Notes under the pieces: generated by a model
What the model was told of the DNA's origin: nothing
The model's input: only the letters and a program-made list of their open reading frames with translations
The model's database searches: none
Made by a program: the position numbers and the translations under genes
Shown: piece by piece, positions 1 through 10,715 of the stretch
Layout: the number at the start of each line of letters is the position of its first letter
Position numbering within the stretch: position 1 is the stretch's first letter
DNA from: Ramazzottius varieornatus
Taxonomy: Eukaryota > Animalia > Tardigrada
Direction of reading: 5' to 3'
Assembly: GCA_001949185.1 (NCBI GenBank)
Contig: BDGG01000001.1
Location: 5,321,624 to 5,385,623 of the forward strand
Length of the DNA: 64,000 bases

Positions 1-780
1 AGCGTTTCGCTTGGCCAGCAACATTTCATGGGCAACTAGAAATTCTGGATCCATCTTCATTTTTCGTATCTTTAATTGCGCCGACGTTATGATTAGCTTC
101 AGTCCCAGTGCTTCCTCCTCACTCATCATGTATGGTACCGCCTTGGCACGATGCAGAATGAGCTTGATATCCATTCGGTTTGGAATAAGCAGAGGCTGTT
201 TGGCTAGTTCACTAGGGAACCTAGAGCATAACTTCCACGTTTGGTCCCCTTTCAGTCGGTTATACCGATTTCGCAGTCCGGAGTTGGTCATGGCCGCATT
301 CGTCGGAGTGGTCACGGTAGTATCATGACTGCCGGCAGTGTCAAGGTGGAAGCCTTGTAGCTCCAACTGCTCTTTAGAGGATGGTCCGTAGCCCAGCAAC
401 GCCTCGGCGTAATTAGCGAAGTTAGCCAGCTGCGACACCCCAGTTACCCGCTCCCCGGTCAAATAAAATTCCTCTGTTTGCCACATGGTACTGGCAATCA
501 TGTTGATAGGCCCGTAGGTAACGGTGTCGGGAACTATAAAGACACCATCGGCCTTTCGAACTTTAAAGTCCCACAGAAGGTAGGAATTATGTAGGTCAAC
601 AAATTCGTCAGGGCTGCCCGTAACTTCAAAACTGATGGATTCCATGTTGAGACGATTACCCACTGGATTTACATATATCCATTTTCCCGTATCCATATAT
701 GACTGTGTAGGGGGTACGCTATTCCAGTACTCGACAGCAGTGTTAACACAGTCCGCTGAGGCAGGATGTACTTTGGCCAT
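1..780 (-). CDS. Polinton/adintovirus major capsid protein (double jelly-roll, PY/hexon-like); 5' part, runs off the window edge
   Basis: Manual translation from ATG at 780: MAKVHPASADCVNTAVEYWNSVPPTQSYMDTGKWIYVNP...ISFEVTGSPDEFVDLHNSYLLWDFKVRKADG...GPINMIASTMWQ...YAEALLGYG. This matches the Polinton MCP N-terminal pattern (VPPTQ, F..DL.NSYL). It is absent from the ORF track because there is no stop in the window. Confidence 0.88.
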   Translation of the reverse strand, partial: MAKVHPASADCVNTAVEYWNSVPPTQSYMDTGKWIYVNPVGNRLNMESISFEVTGSPDEFVDLHNSYLLWDFKVRKADGVFIVPDTVTYGPINMIASTMWQTEEFYLTGERVTGVSQLANFANYAEALLGYGPSSKEQLELQGFHLDTAGSHDTTVTTPTNAAMTNSGLRNRYNRLKGDQTWKLCSRFPSELAKQPLLIPNRMDIKLILHRAKAVPYMMSEEEALGLKLIITSAQLKIRKMKMDPEFLVAHEMLLAKRNA

Positions 781-782
781 GA

Positions 783-1313
783 TTAGGCTGCAAAGGGGTT
801 GCTGCGGGAAGAATGTTGGATGAGTTTCGCAAGTGGTACTCCACGGGCTTTCTTGTTTGTCTTTTTCTTGCGAGAGGCTTTCTTTTTGCTCGATTTGCGA
901 GGTTTCTTCTTCGACACTGCCTTTTTCGCGACTGACTTTCGTTTGCGTTTTGGTTTGGTGATGCCGACGACCACTGGCTTCGCCTTCTTCGCTCGACGCT
1001 TGCGTCCTGATCCGATCTGTCGTGCGATTCCCTTCAGGCCTTTGATGACGGCCTTGCTCGTGCGGTGATTAGCGCTAGCAGCAAAGTCATGGCCACCGAC
1101 CACGTCGCATATGACTGATTTTCCTATGTTAGATAGCGCTGGAATCAGTGCACTTTTGACACCTCGAGCAACGGCGCCAAATAAATTTCCGAAGAATCCG
1201 TGCCCTACTTGTGCGCCAATGCCGACGAATTTTGGTATGGAGCCGCCGGTTGGCTGTAATAGCTGAACGAAAACATGTGCAGGAATGGCAGACGATTGAA
1301 AGTTACTTTCCAT
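783..1313 (-). CDS. Polinton basic core (pVII-like) protein
   Basis: QVGHGFFGNLFG motif, IGSG followed by a very K/R-rich tail; sits between penton and MCP with 2-nt spacers, the usual Polinton order. Confidence 0.75.
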   Translation of the reverse strand: MESNFQSSAIPAHVFVQLLQPTGGSIPKFVGIGAQVGHGFFGNLFGAVARGVKSALIPALSNIGKSVICDVVGGHDFAASANHRTSKAVIKGLKGIARQIGSGRKRRAKKAKPVVVGITKPKRKRKSVAKKAVSKKKPRKSSKKKASRKKKTNKKARGVPLAKLIQHSSRSNPFAA

Positions 1314-1315
1314 CG

Positions 1316-2029
1316 TTAGGCTCTTTTGCGAAATCTTAGTCGCACAGTTGTAATGCCGTCAGCGAAGGGAATGATCCGACCAGTACTGTCGGCCAATTCT
1401 ACAATAATTTTGTCGAATGAGTTGTTAGTGATCGGGACGAATGACCCACTTCCCTGGCACATTCGGCCCTGGGTCACGCTCTCAGCGGAAATCACAGCGA
1501 GAACTTGTACCTTTGTATTTCCCACCAGCTGAGGTCGAATCAAATTACAGTAAACATAGACTGTGTTGGTGTGGGTCGTCAGAGAAGCTTCCCGTAAGCC
1601 AAATGACTGCTCATTACCCGAAAAACGTTTCATATACGGACTGAGCTCGACCGCTATTACTGTGTCGTTCGGTGCCCGTGATACTGTTCGGTCGAGTGCA
1701 TTGTACTTGAACACTGGATCCGCAGCTGGTGACAATAGATTCAGCGCATTACACAGAGCCTCAACGTCCTGATAGTAACCTTGAGGTGTGACTTTCTGGT
1801 AACTTTTGCCATCCTTCATTCGAAACATAATGTTTCGCTCATCCCCATCTTTGGGGAAGGTGGCAATGCGTTCCGGGCATTGGATAGAGACAAGACTCAT
1901 CTCCCAGAGTTCAGATTCAGGGATAAGCACTTCCTCCGCCAAGTGGGTGGTAAAAGCAGTGGAGGTATTGTGGAAAAAATCACGGCTGGCATCGCTTGAC
2001 AAGGTGATGATAAAGTTGTTAAGTGACAT
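1316..2029 (-). CDS. Polinton minor capsid protein (penton, PX)
   Basis: FIITLSSDAS..F..N....F.T.L...WEMSLVSI at the N-terminus; VYVYCNLIRPQLVGNTKVQVL and IELAD..G..IPF-type C-terminal motifs. Confidence 0.85.
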   Translation of the reverse strand: MSLNNFIITLSSDASRDFFHNTSTAFTTHLAEEVLIPESELWEMSLVSIQCPERIATFPKDGDERNIMFRMKDGKSYQKVTPQGYYQDVEALCNALNLLSPAADPVFKYNALDRTVSRAPNDTVIAVELSPYMKRFSGNEQSFGLREASLTTHTNTVYVYCNLIRPQLVGNTKVQVLAVISAESVTQGRMCQGSGSFVPITNNSFDKIIVELADSTGRIIPFADGITTVRLRFRKRA

Positions 2030-3159
2030 TCTTGATCATGCCGTTAAACTTTCTAGTCGTTACCCACTCGTCGAATTTTTTATCCCAGCCAACGTAATGC
2101 ACCAGTACTTTTCCCCTTTTCCGGTCGAGTTCTTGGACGTGAACGAGCTCGTCTTCGGTGTAATTAACTGACTGAAGCTGCCACGGATAAAATCGGCCTT
2201 TCACCGCGTCTCCCTTCAGATCTTTCAATAAATAAAGCACTGCTTCGTCGTCGGTGTTTTTCACAGATAAAACTCTATACACTTCCGAACTCAAATCTTG
2301 CAAAAATCCCTTTTCAAAACTTTTCTTCTACACCGATACACGCACCAACTGCTCCGTTACAAACTTCTCCTTGGACAAACGCCGAAATGCGTAGGTGACT
2401 TTGTGAGTTCCATACAGAGCCTTCTTGATCTCTTCCTTGTTATTCTCGGTCACATTGTTGGGTGCAACGAAGCCCAGTGTCTTGTGTGGTGTTTCATTGT
2501 ACGGGTCCACGAAACTTTGCAGGACTTCAACGTAGCGTTTGTTACCGACTAATGAAAAGTACCGATACAGCCGTTCCATAATTGTTCGATGAAAGCGCTC
2601 GACGGTCGCTGCCTTGGTCTCAGAGCCCAGTGTTGAGAAATGCTCAATATCTTTCTGACGCATATATTGCTGGAACCTGTCGTTGTAAAACTCCGTACCC
2701 TGATCACTCTACAATACTTGAATATTTTCTCCCGACGCCTCGTACAGCTGCCTAAAGCCGGCCAAAACAGCCTCTTTTGTCTTGTTGCTGATCGGCTGAA
2801 GATAGGCTTTTCTCGAAAATGCATCAATTGCCGACAAAATAAACCCGTTACCATCAGTCTGGTCCTTGATTGGATTAACATCGATCAGGTCGATTTGCCA
2901 GTTTTCCAGGTCCATCAACAACAATAGGCACTCTCGGAAAATTTCGTCTAACGGGTGCATGCAGAGTATAGACAGGGTTCTTCTTCAGCCAGGCTTTAAC
3001 TAACTCTTTCTTCAAATCAGGACACTTGCTCCTCTTACTCAACTCCTGATACAACAATTTTACACCACCGAACGAACCGACAGATTTTGGGCCATGGTAG
3101 ATTTTGTTTAACAACTTGTGCAAGTTTTTCTTGTTACATGGACCGTTTTCGCTTCCCAT
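2019..3159 (-). pseudogene. Polinton retroviral-like (rve) integrase with C-terminal chromodomain, disrupted
   Basis: Pieces in different frames: KIYHGPKSVGSFGGVKLLY...YTLHAPVRRNFPR; WQIDLID (D1); L*SDQGTEFYN (D2, in-frame stop near 2710); KAATVERFHRT (E); YNETPHKTLG; VLVHYVGWDKKFDEWV (chromo). Confidence 0.9.
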
Positions 3160-3661
3160 GCTTGAAAAACTGTTAAGAAAATACGATACATTAGGGGAGA
3201 AATGCCGTTTGGTGCTTTACCCGACAGAAATTGCCTGCGCATTAGAGGTCGCCAGATGGTTAAACACTTGTAATGCAAAACACGCAGACACAATGGAGCT
3301 AGATGAAGGCCAGATTGTGCAACGCATTGGTTAAAAATATGAGCCAGACCATCTTTACCTATGGCGTTGAGACGAAAGTAAAATTGTTTCCTCTTTTGCA
3401 CCTCATCCTCAATCTCTTGTCGACAGCAATGCTTTCCGTTCCCGTGACACACTTCTGGCATCCCATCTTGACTTCTCTAATATAGGCATGGCGAATGAGA
3501 TAGGCAAAAATGTACTTGAACAGTGCTACGGCTCGCTTGGTGGTGAGAATAGTTGTACAAGAATGGATGCTTCTTGCGCTGGCGTTGCTACACAGTCCGG
3601 TGATAAGTTCACTTTTGAACGATCCAAAGTTCTTTTCAGCCAGGTTCGACGAGTCCGTCAT
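3108..3661 (-). CDS. Hypothetical Cys/His-containing Polinton accessory protein, probably one frameshifted gene
   Basis: Two overlapping minus-strand ORFs (3359-3661, 3108-3461) that join as GCQKCVT/NGKHCC, in the same orientation as and tightly packed with flanking viral genes. Confidence 0.35.
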
Positions 3662-4237
3662 CTTCCTTGATCCCTGTAGTTAGCACGAGCGGGCAGGATT
3701 TGTTCAGCTGTCGATGATAATGCCAGGCTTTTACGGTTGGCACATGCAGCCATCCGTCCTTCACTCTGCACATGGGGCATTTGACGTGTTGCTCATCGAG
3801 GAAGAAACCCGCTCTGGCCAGTCCGTTGGGATCGTACACCTTCTTTCCAGGCCACAGACAAAAGCTCGCAAACCGATCAGTATAGTTGCGCATATGATAA
3901 TGTATACCATGTAATGGTGCGTGTAGTGGCTTAATATCCAGCGAGTCAGGCGTGTCGTACCCGATCTTCTTCTCCACGGCAAACTTCACACCCTGCCGCA
4001 TTTTATACACGTCCAGCGCAAACTTACATTTTTCTCGAAGGTACAGGTGCTCAGACACAGGTTCATCACCATCCCGCAACCACTCGTGAATAAGAACACC
4101 ACAATAGTCACACTGTACTACGTCTTGCCTGTATAGCGTAGACCCGCCGCTGCCAACGAAATGGGACTAACATGAGTGTTTTTCCGCGTCGCAAAACTTT
4201 TCCGGCGCTCGATAAAGTCCACGTCCAGTACAGACAT
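3636..4237 (-). pseudogene. Inhibitor-of-apoptosis (IAP) protein with two BIR domains, one frameshift near 4125
   Basis: BIR1: ERRKSF...LAAAGLRYTG/DVVQCDYCGVLIHEWLRDGDEPVSEHLYLREKCKF (ATG at 4237). BIR2: DRFASFCLWP...LARAGFF...VKCPMC...W...HRQLNKSCPLV. Both show the Cx2C...H...C pattern; no RING domain. Confidence 0.85.
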
Positions 4238-4279
4238 ATTTCAAACAGCCGTTTGGACAGAATATGTTTGGGTGGTTGC

Positions 4280-4774
4280 TTATGTCAAGCGTCTTCGACG
4301 GAGTAAAACCGAAACTAGAAACGTTCCACCAACTAGAAGAATGACGACCATGTTCGCACCAGCAACTTGTAGCGCAGTCCTGGTTGAATCAACCGAACGA
4401 TACTCTAGTCCTTCACCGTTGATAGTGATGAAAGGTGGTTGGTTAGTACGTACACATGCTGCCACAACCTTCAGGCGTTGAGGCGGTACAATACTGCAGT
4501 CAAAATTATCGTTGCCTAGTACGTCCAGTATGTTCAGGTTGGGATAATGGTGGAGCAAGTCGGTGTAATTAATCTGGCGGAGATAATTGTGAGCGGCCAG
4601 AATATGATACACTCGCTTATCAAACGTTGCGGTTTCCAGCTTCAACTGGTGAAGACCGCGATCAAGACAATCGATGACAGCCGGCGAATTTCTGCAAAAG
4701 CATCCCTCAATACAAGCCGAAGCAGTTCTGAAAGATACCAGAGCGATACAGTACACAAACAAGTAATTGGTCAT
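4280..4774 (-). CDS. Small type-I membrane protein with LRRNT plus about two leucine-rich repeats
   Basis: Signal peptide MTNYLFVYCIALVSFRTASA; LRRNT CIEGCFCRNSPAVIDCLDRGL; LRR-like ILAAHNYLRQI and LNILDVLGNDNFDC; TM VVILLVGGTFLVSVLL followed by RRRR. Confidence 0.75.
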   Translation of the reverse strand: MTNYLFVYCIALVSFRTASACIEGCFCRNSPAVIDCLDRGLHQLKLETATFDKRVYHILAAHNYLRQINYTDLLHHYPNLNILDVLGNDNFDCSIVPPQRLKVVAACVRTNQPPFITINGEGLEYRSVDSTRTALQVAGANMVVILLVGGTFLVSVLLRRRRLT

Positions 4775-5202
4775 CCTGGACACGGGCACGTAAAGAAGTC
4801 TGTAAAGTTTACCGAAACACAAGAGACTGAAATGATCAAATAACTTGGATTATAAACACCGAGCGACTGCCGCAGCCAACGAGTAACTCTGTAACAGCTC
4901 GGTCAAAACCCGGGTATGGCGAAATTGTTTAGTGGACGCAACTTGATTTGCGTCCATGATTTTTTGTTCGGTCGCTGAAACGTCCCTTGTCCACCAGCTA
5001 CAGAGACAGAGAGAGCTCAAGCTAACAGCAGCGTAAAAGGTAGGTTTGAGTCAATCTGAGAAATCGACTTCTCACTCCAGCACAGGCGCACTAAATACCC
5101 TCCAACAACTTCCCCGATTTAATTATAGGGTACAAAATGGCGCGGGGTAATTACCCGCTATCTGGCCACGTATGCTGCTCGATCTCCTCGTCTCGCTGCA
5201 TT

Positions 5203-6502
5203 TTAACTGGGAAAGAAATCGTCCCCTTGTCTAAACCAACTCGACATAAGGGGTTCACCCCAATAACTTTCTTCGCTCAGCTTTTCGATCTTCTGAGGGG
5301 TCTCTTTCAGTAGATAGTAGTGAGCAGTATTTTCGATTGTGTCTCCACCCATGATATAGTTATAACTTCTCTCAGGGATAAGAAAACGATGTAGGAAATT
5401 CTCCTGCATGTATCGCCGTAGCATTCGACTTTCCAGATACACAGACCCCTTAACAGATCGCATTTCTCTGCCAAGAAAATCTTCGAAGTAAAAGCACCCC
5501 AGGTGGTACATCGGGCCCCAGTCTTCGACGTTACGCGCCTGGTGTCTTCCCTGATGCGTATTATACAGCACGTGAAACAAACCATAGATCGCCTGATAGG
5601 TTTTGCTGTGTTTCTCCATGAGCAGCTTTGCGTTCTCGCAGTTGCTCTTGAACGTTGTTCCGACTAACTAAAAAGCATACCTAGCTTTCTTCAGCTATTG
5701 ATTGATCTTCCAGAAAATTTGAAGGTAGGCACCGGTACGGATGGCGTACGCTGCGTTTCTGAAAACAGCCCGAATGAAGCTGCTTGTTTGATTTGTTTCG
5801 TTTGTTGATTTGAAGGTGCTCCACGGCCCATTTCCCCAATATCAATGTTGTTTACCCTTCGTACACTGGGGTATACCCCACAAACTTTCTGGAAAAAGTT
5901 GCTCAAGATTGCTTGCTACCTTGATATCCGTCAATAACAGATGGGCTGCGAGTGACAAAAGCATGGCGTTGTCGAGGAGCGGTTAAGGCAGGACGTCTTT
6001 AAGCCCAAATAACAACCCGTACAGTAGAAAGTTGAGGGGCTCTGATGCGTGACTCTCGCAGATACGGGTTAACGGCAGCAATGTTCTTTTGAAGTAGGAA
6101 GGAAAGCGTAATAGCAGGAGACGCTGGTCTACGATGAGCTTTTCTCGTGTGCCAAGTATGCAAGCGTTCTTATTGGTGACGTTTGGGAAAAACGGAAATT
6201 TTGTTTCCTCCAGCTCTATCCAGTTTCTCAACAGGCCAGTTTGAACTGCCCGAGGGCAGTGCTGTGCATGTAGTAGTGTCCTGCACCCCGCACAGGGTAG
6301 AAACTTTTTATTCGAAGCAGCCTGGACGCGCTTTGAATTCCTTTGTAGGGTGTACCTGTGAGCGGCGTCCTTTTAGCGCACTTGAAAACGGTGCGTCTAT
6401 CACGGAGGACAAATCTTGTTCCCGCTGGATACCTTCTACTTTTGTTCCATAGAATGCCAGGATCGAGACACGTAGTACACCCTTGACGTCTGGACCTTCC
6501 TT
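5203..6502 (-). pseudogene. CACTA/EnSpm-like (Tnp2-type) transposase, C-terminal half
   Basis: From 6500 downward: GRSRRQGCTTCLDPG...RRYP...GTPYKGIQSASRL...GHYYMHSTALG, and later YG...YNTHQGRHQARNVEDWGPMYHLGCFYFEDFLG. Stops and frameshifts are present. Confidence 0.8.
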
Positions 6503-6526
6503 AATTACGAAACGAACACGGAAGTA

Positions 6527-6626
6527 CTTGGGGTCAATGAAGGTAAACTGTCAAGGTAGGCGGATATACACAATTGCGTAAACCATTTGCCCAGCCTTCG
6601 CACAGTCCCCAAACACAGACCCCAAG
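6527..6626 (-). other. ~100-nt hairpin in the 3' tail of the YR element
   Basis: CTTGGGGTC (6527-6535) is the reverse complement of GACCCCAAG (6618-6626); inner imperfect stem ACTGTCAAGGTAGG (6547-6560) with CCCAGCCTTCGCACAGT (6590-6606). Confidence 0.75.
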
Positions 6627-6641
6627 CGAAAGCTGATTGAA

Positions 6642-7522
6642 CTAACCTGAGATTCGCAGCATAGTTTGGGTCAAGTAGACCATATCTGGTCGGACGTATC
6701 GGTTTGAAACGTCGCTGCTCCATCTACCCATGGCCCTAATCTGTTCCATGGAGCATCCGGCTTTAGAAGCCGTCGAAGCCGCTCCTATCCGGAAACTATG
6801 AGAGCAAAAGCCATTCCCGAGAAAAATTTGTAGCTCGCGATTGACACGTTGGCGAGTCAGGTAGCATCCATCATGGGAAATGAATAATGGTGTATGCCTT
6901 GCTGAAGATCTGACTAGCATATAAGCGTGAAGGGCTTGTACGGGACAAGTATCCGTTTGAGTTTTTGTTAGATAAATTGCAGGAGGTGCGGTTTTGCGAG
7001 GGGTTTTTCTCGCCGCAAACATATTTGGACCGAATCGCAGGATATTTGTAAGTCGTTCAGGACAAGGTTTGATTTGTCAAAACTTGTCTTTTTCGAACTG
7101 GTATACTCGGACACACGTAACATGCCGTGGAAGGCCATGGTGAAAGCTGACCAAAGCATCAGTTGGTCGTGTCGAGGAATGAGAGATCGGAATAGGTCAG
7201 CTTTGAGCTGTGAATGTTCTATTGTCAGAGGCTTTCTCTTGTATGTGTCGGGACGGGTTTGGTTGGTTAGACCTTTCAACATCATTGAGAGGTAATGGTC
7301 ATTTCTACCAGGATCTTCGAAACCGTGCTCCAGTTGTTCTGAACGCACGCCGGCTACATAAACTGTCGCTGTTTTCCCGCTTTGCCCTTCGCTATCCAGC
7401 CAGGAAACGAACCGTCTGATGGTTTGGCGATCCGTAGGGAGATAAGGGAGATGATGGCTCAAACAAAAAGAGCGAAATCGCTCAAATCCATTTCGGTAGC
7501 CTCTTCTGGTAGAGGGAGCCAA
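6642..7522 (-). pseudogene. Tyrosine recombinase of the YR retrotransposon (frameshift near 7000)
   Basis: APSTRRGY N-terminal core-binding domain; FHGMLRVSE (R); CPVQAL; HSFRIGAAS (H-x-x-R); GRWSSD...RYVR (W, catalytic Y). Confidence 0.92.
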
Positions 7523-9409
7523 TCGCTTACCGACGAGCTCTCGCGATCTTGCATCGAGTTCGAACAGTTTCCGGGTCCTAGCATGATCTCCCGCAAAAAA
7601 TCTAGGATGTTGTCTACCATTATGGGCTCGGTATTGGCCTTGGGATGATTTTCGAAGAACCGCGCGTTGTCGAATCTAGACACAGCATCAGCCAATGTAT
7701 TATCGACGCCGCTTATGTGCGTTATTCTAAGCGTGAAATTGTTGTTTGCCGCTTCAAAATAGATGCGGCGTATCACCGTCATGATGGCGACATTCGATGA
7801 CGTACATTTTGCCCAGATCTGGACCACCGATATATTGTCGGAATGAAAGAAGATTCGCTTTGTCTGCCAGTGTGACCCCCCAAACACAACACGAGATCAA
7901 AACTGGCAACAGTTCCAACAAAGCAATGGATGGTTTGGCTTCAAGTAGCCAGCTTGGCCATCGTAACTGAAACCATTCTGCGCCGTAAACACCACTGCAA
8001 CCGATGCTACCTGATGCGTCGGTGAATAGATGCATACTTGGAGTCGCCACCCATTTTGTCCGAAGAAACTTGCACGAGCCATTCCATGTCGGAAGAAAAT
8101 CTATCCACCACTGCAGATCTGCTCTGAAGCCATCGTTCAGTTTCAGTTTAGGATGGTCGAGTTGTTTAACCATATGTGCAAGATTGAGCATCCTTCGGAG
8201 GAAGATTCTGCCAGCCGGGATACATTTGGTTGCAAAGCCCAATCGTCCGCAAATGCTAAGAATTTCCCGTTTAGTAGCTTTCACTCTAGCTTTGTATACC
8301 GTGAACAAATCTTGAATTTCCTTAACTTTACTTTCCGGAATGCTGATAGTCTGAGTTTCAGTATCGAGTTGAATGCCGAGGAAGGTGAGTTTAGTCGTGG
8401 GGCCCTCGGTTTTTTCTTCTGCTATGGGCAGACCAAGGTGTGCACATAATGCTCGTATAAAAGTCAACGTATAATGGCACGCAGGTGACGAACTAGGTGC
8501 AGCCCACCAGAAATCATCGATGTAATGCAAAACGTCGAGCATTCCACCAGTAGTCTTAATTTTCCATTCGAGAATTTTGGAGAGATCATCGAACAGACTA
8601 GGTGAAGATCGACACCCAGACGGCAGTACGGTATCGAAATAATATTTTCCATCGCACATGTGAACAAGCAGATGCCAATCCTCTTTCGCGACTGGTATGA
8701 GTCTAAAGGCGCCCTTCAAATCCGTTTTTGCCATCAAACAGCCCTTTCCAAGTTTAAGACAAATATCAATGGCGTCGTCGATTGAACAGAAGTTAAGGCT
8801 ATAATCTGTTTTCGAAATGTAATCGTTGACTGAATTTCTGAAGGGTCTGGACAAGTCCATAATAAGGCGAACTCCGCCTAGTTTTTCGGGGCGTTCACCC
8901 ATGGAGGAACAAATGAAGTGGGGAAAGGGCGGATGGTCCAAAGGACCAAAGGTGTGCTTTGCAGCAACCTCTTTGGCTACATAATCGCGTACGACCGCAG
9001 GGTGTTCCCGAGCAGTTCGAGCGCTAGGAGTAATTTGAGTAACATCAGGGAAGGTATAACTCAGGCGAAAACCATTGATAAGACCATTGACGAAATAATC
9101 AGCAAATTTGGAGTCGGGATAATCCTTCAGGGCATGAGCAAACCGTTCTGGTATCAACGGGGTATATGCTTTATCAGGAATTTCGACAGAAGTAAAATGA
9201 TGAGTGGTAACAGCAACGGGTGCTAGCGAAGTAGATGGAACACTAAGCGTAGCGATCGGTGAGCTTGGTATGCCCGGGTTTGAGGCATTGCGAACAGTTA
9301 TGGGCATAGTTCTGATAACATGGTTCAGCGCAGCCGGGCTCGTTGAAACGACTGCAAGCCAGGACCACAGCTTTAGGTCGATTACCATCAGAGTTAGAAT
9401 TCGAGCCAT
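7459..9409 (-). pseudogene. Reverse transcriptase-RNase H of the YR retrotransposon (frameshift near 7890)
   Basis: RLIMDLS, KTDLKGAFR, LPSGCRSSP, HYIDDF, FLGIQLD; RNase H FTDASG, IALLELLP, HSDNISVV, HISGVDNTLADAVSR. Confidence 0.93.
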
Positions 9410-10656
9410 CAGATTTCATGTTAGAAAATCTATTAGATCTATTCACACCTTCGTTCTTGCTGGGGCATGTTGTTGCGATATGGCCCTTCGAGCAACGGTG
9501 CTGATAACTGTGGTGGTAGTAGCAGTTGGCTTGAAATTATTTTTAACGGCCTTAACGATATCACGGTCCTCGTGGTACCACCCGGTTACATCAGAATCCG
9601 GCAATGCCATCTTTTGACGGAAACGTTGGTCATATTCCAACCAAAAGCGCACGTCAGGCTTTCGTGAAGCCAACCCCCGGATAAAGTCACTATAGGCAAG
9701 GAAAGGTATAGACATATCGGGGTAATAGTAGCTCCGATAGAGAGAGAAAGTCAAAAACGCATTTTCCCAGGAGGGCAAGTCAACGATCACCAAGTGTCCT
9801 GTACTAGGGTCACCGGGTTGTTTGCGCTTGGTGGTATCAGGCACATATCTATCAGTAACCAGATCCTGGAAAACCACGTAGGCTGATTTTTGTCGAAGCA
9901 ACTTGTCATCAGTAGCAGTGACTGGGGGGAAGTTGAAATGAGTAGAAGGAGGTGGCTTTTTTGAAACGGCGCTGTAGACAACTGGGATAGGTGAGGAAGG
10001 TATTCGATTGCCGTACTGCGGTAGAGGCGAAGGAGCCCGGGAGACTGAGTACGTTGGGGAGGAGCGTACCTGACGATGGAGTGACTGGTTTGTAGCTTCC
10101 AGCCGGCAATCTCTTCTGGTGTCGGGTAGGTGGCGTTGGTAGGCAACCACGGATCCCTTCCATTTCGGCCTGCTTGTTCGCCTTGTAATCTTCCACCGGA
10201 AGAATGTCCCATGTGACCCATCAAGACGTCGTGTCCACCAGGTCCAACTTGGCCACAAACATACGCGCTCCCTTCGTATTCCATTCTTCTTTCCTGTCTT
10301 CCTGATCTATCCGACACGCGGAGTAATTCCGGACCAGTTCCCTGTCTCTCCAGTCTTCCAGATCCACTTTCCAGTCTTCTGGATCCATTCTCAAACCGGC
10401 TTGGGCTTCCCTGTTGGTCTTCTCGTCCGGGTGCTGCGAACAGCTCCAAGGCCCGATCCACACTGACCGCGCGACGAACGTCTTTCAACGCCGAGCGAAG
10501 GCGTTTGGCGAGAGGCACCTCTGGTAACGTGGTAAGAACTTGACTATCATCAGGCCCAGCTGGGTATTTGGTACCGTAACGGTGTCGTCCACTAGGACTA
10601 TCGCTGGCTACCGGAGGCATAGCCCCGTGTAGGCTCTGAGGTCGCGAGTTTGCCAT
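9243..10656 (-). pseudogene. gag-like ORF1 of the YR retrotransposon (frameshifted)
   Basis: WENAFLTF...FLAYSDFIRGLA...WLEYDQRFRQKMA, plus a C-terminal zinc knuckle CSRFNEPGCAEPC...HNCSQCLKPGH typical of Ngaro-type gag. Confidence 0.8.
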
Positions 10657-10715
10657 CGAGAAGACTTAAAAAAGCTAAGAAAAAAGCTGATGTGCTCACT
10701 TCGTGAAACAGTGAC

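Noticed and set aside
6960-10260. Programmed ribosomal frameshifting in the YR element ORFs
   Set aside because: The shifts fall inside conserved domains and neighbouring elements show similar decay; mutation is the simpler explanation.
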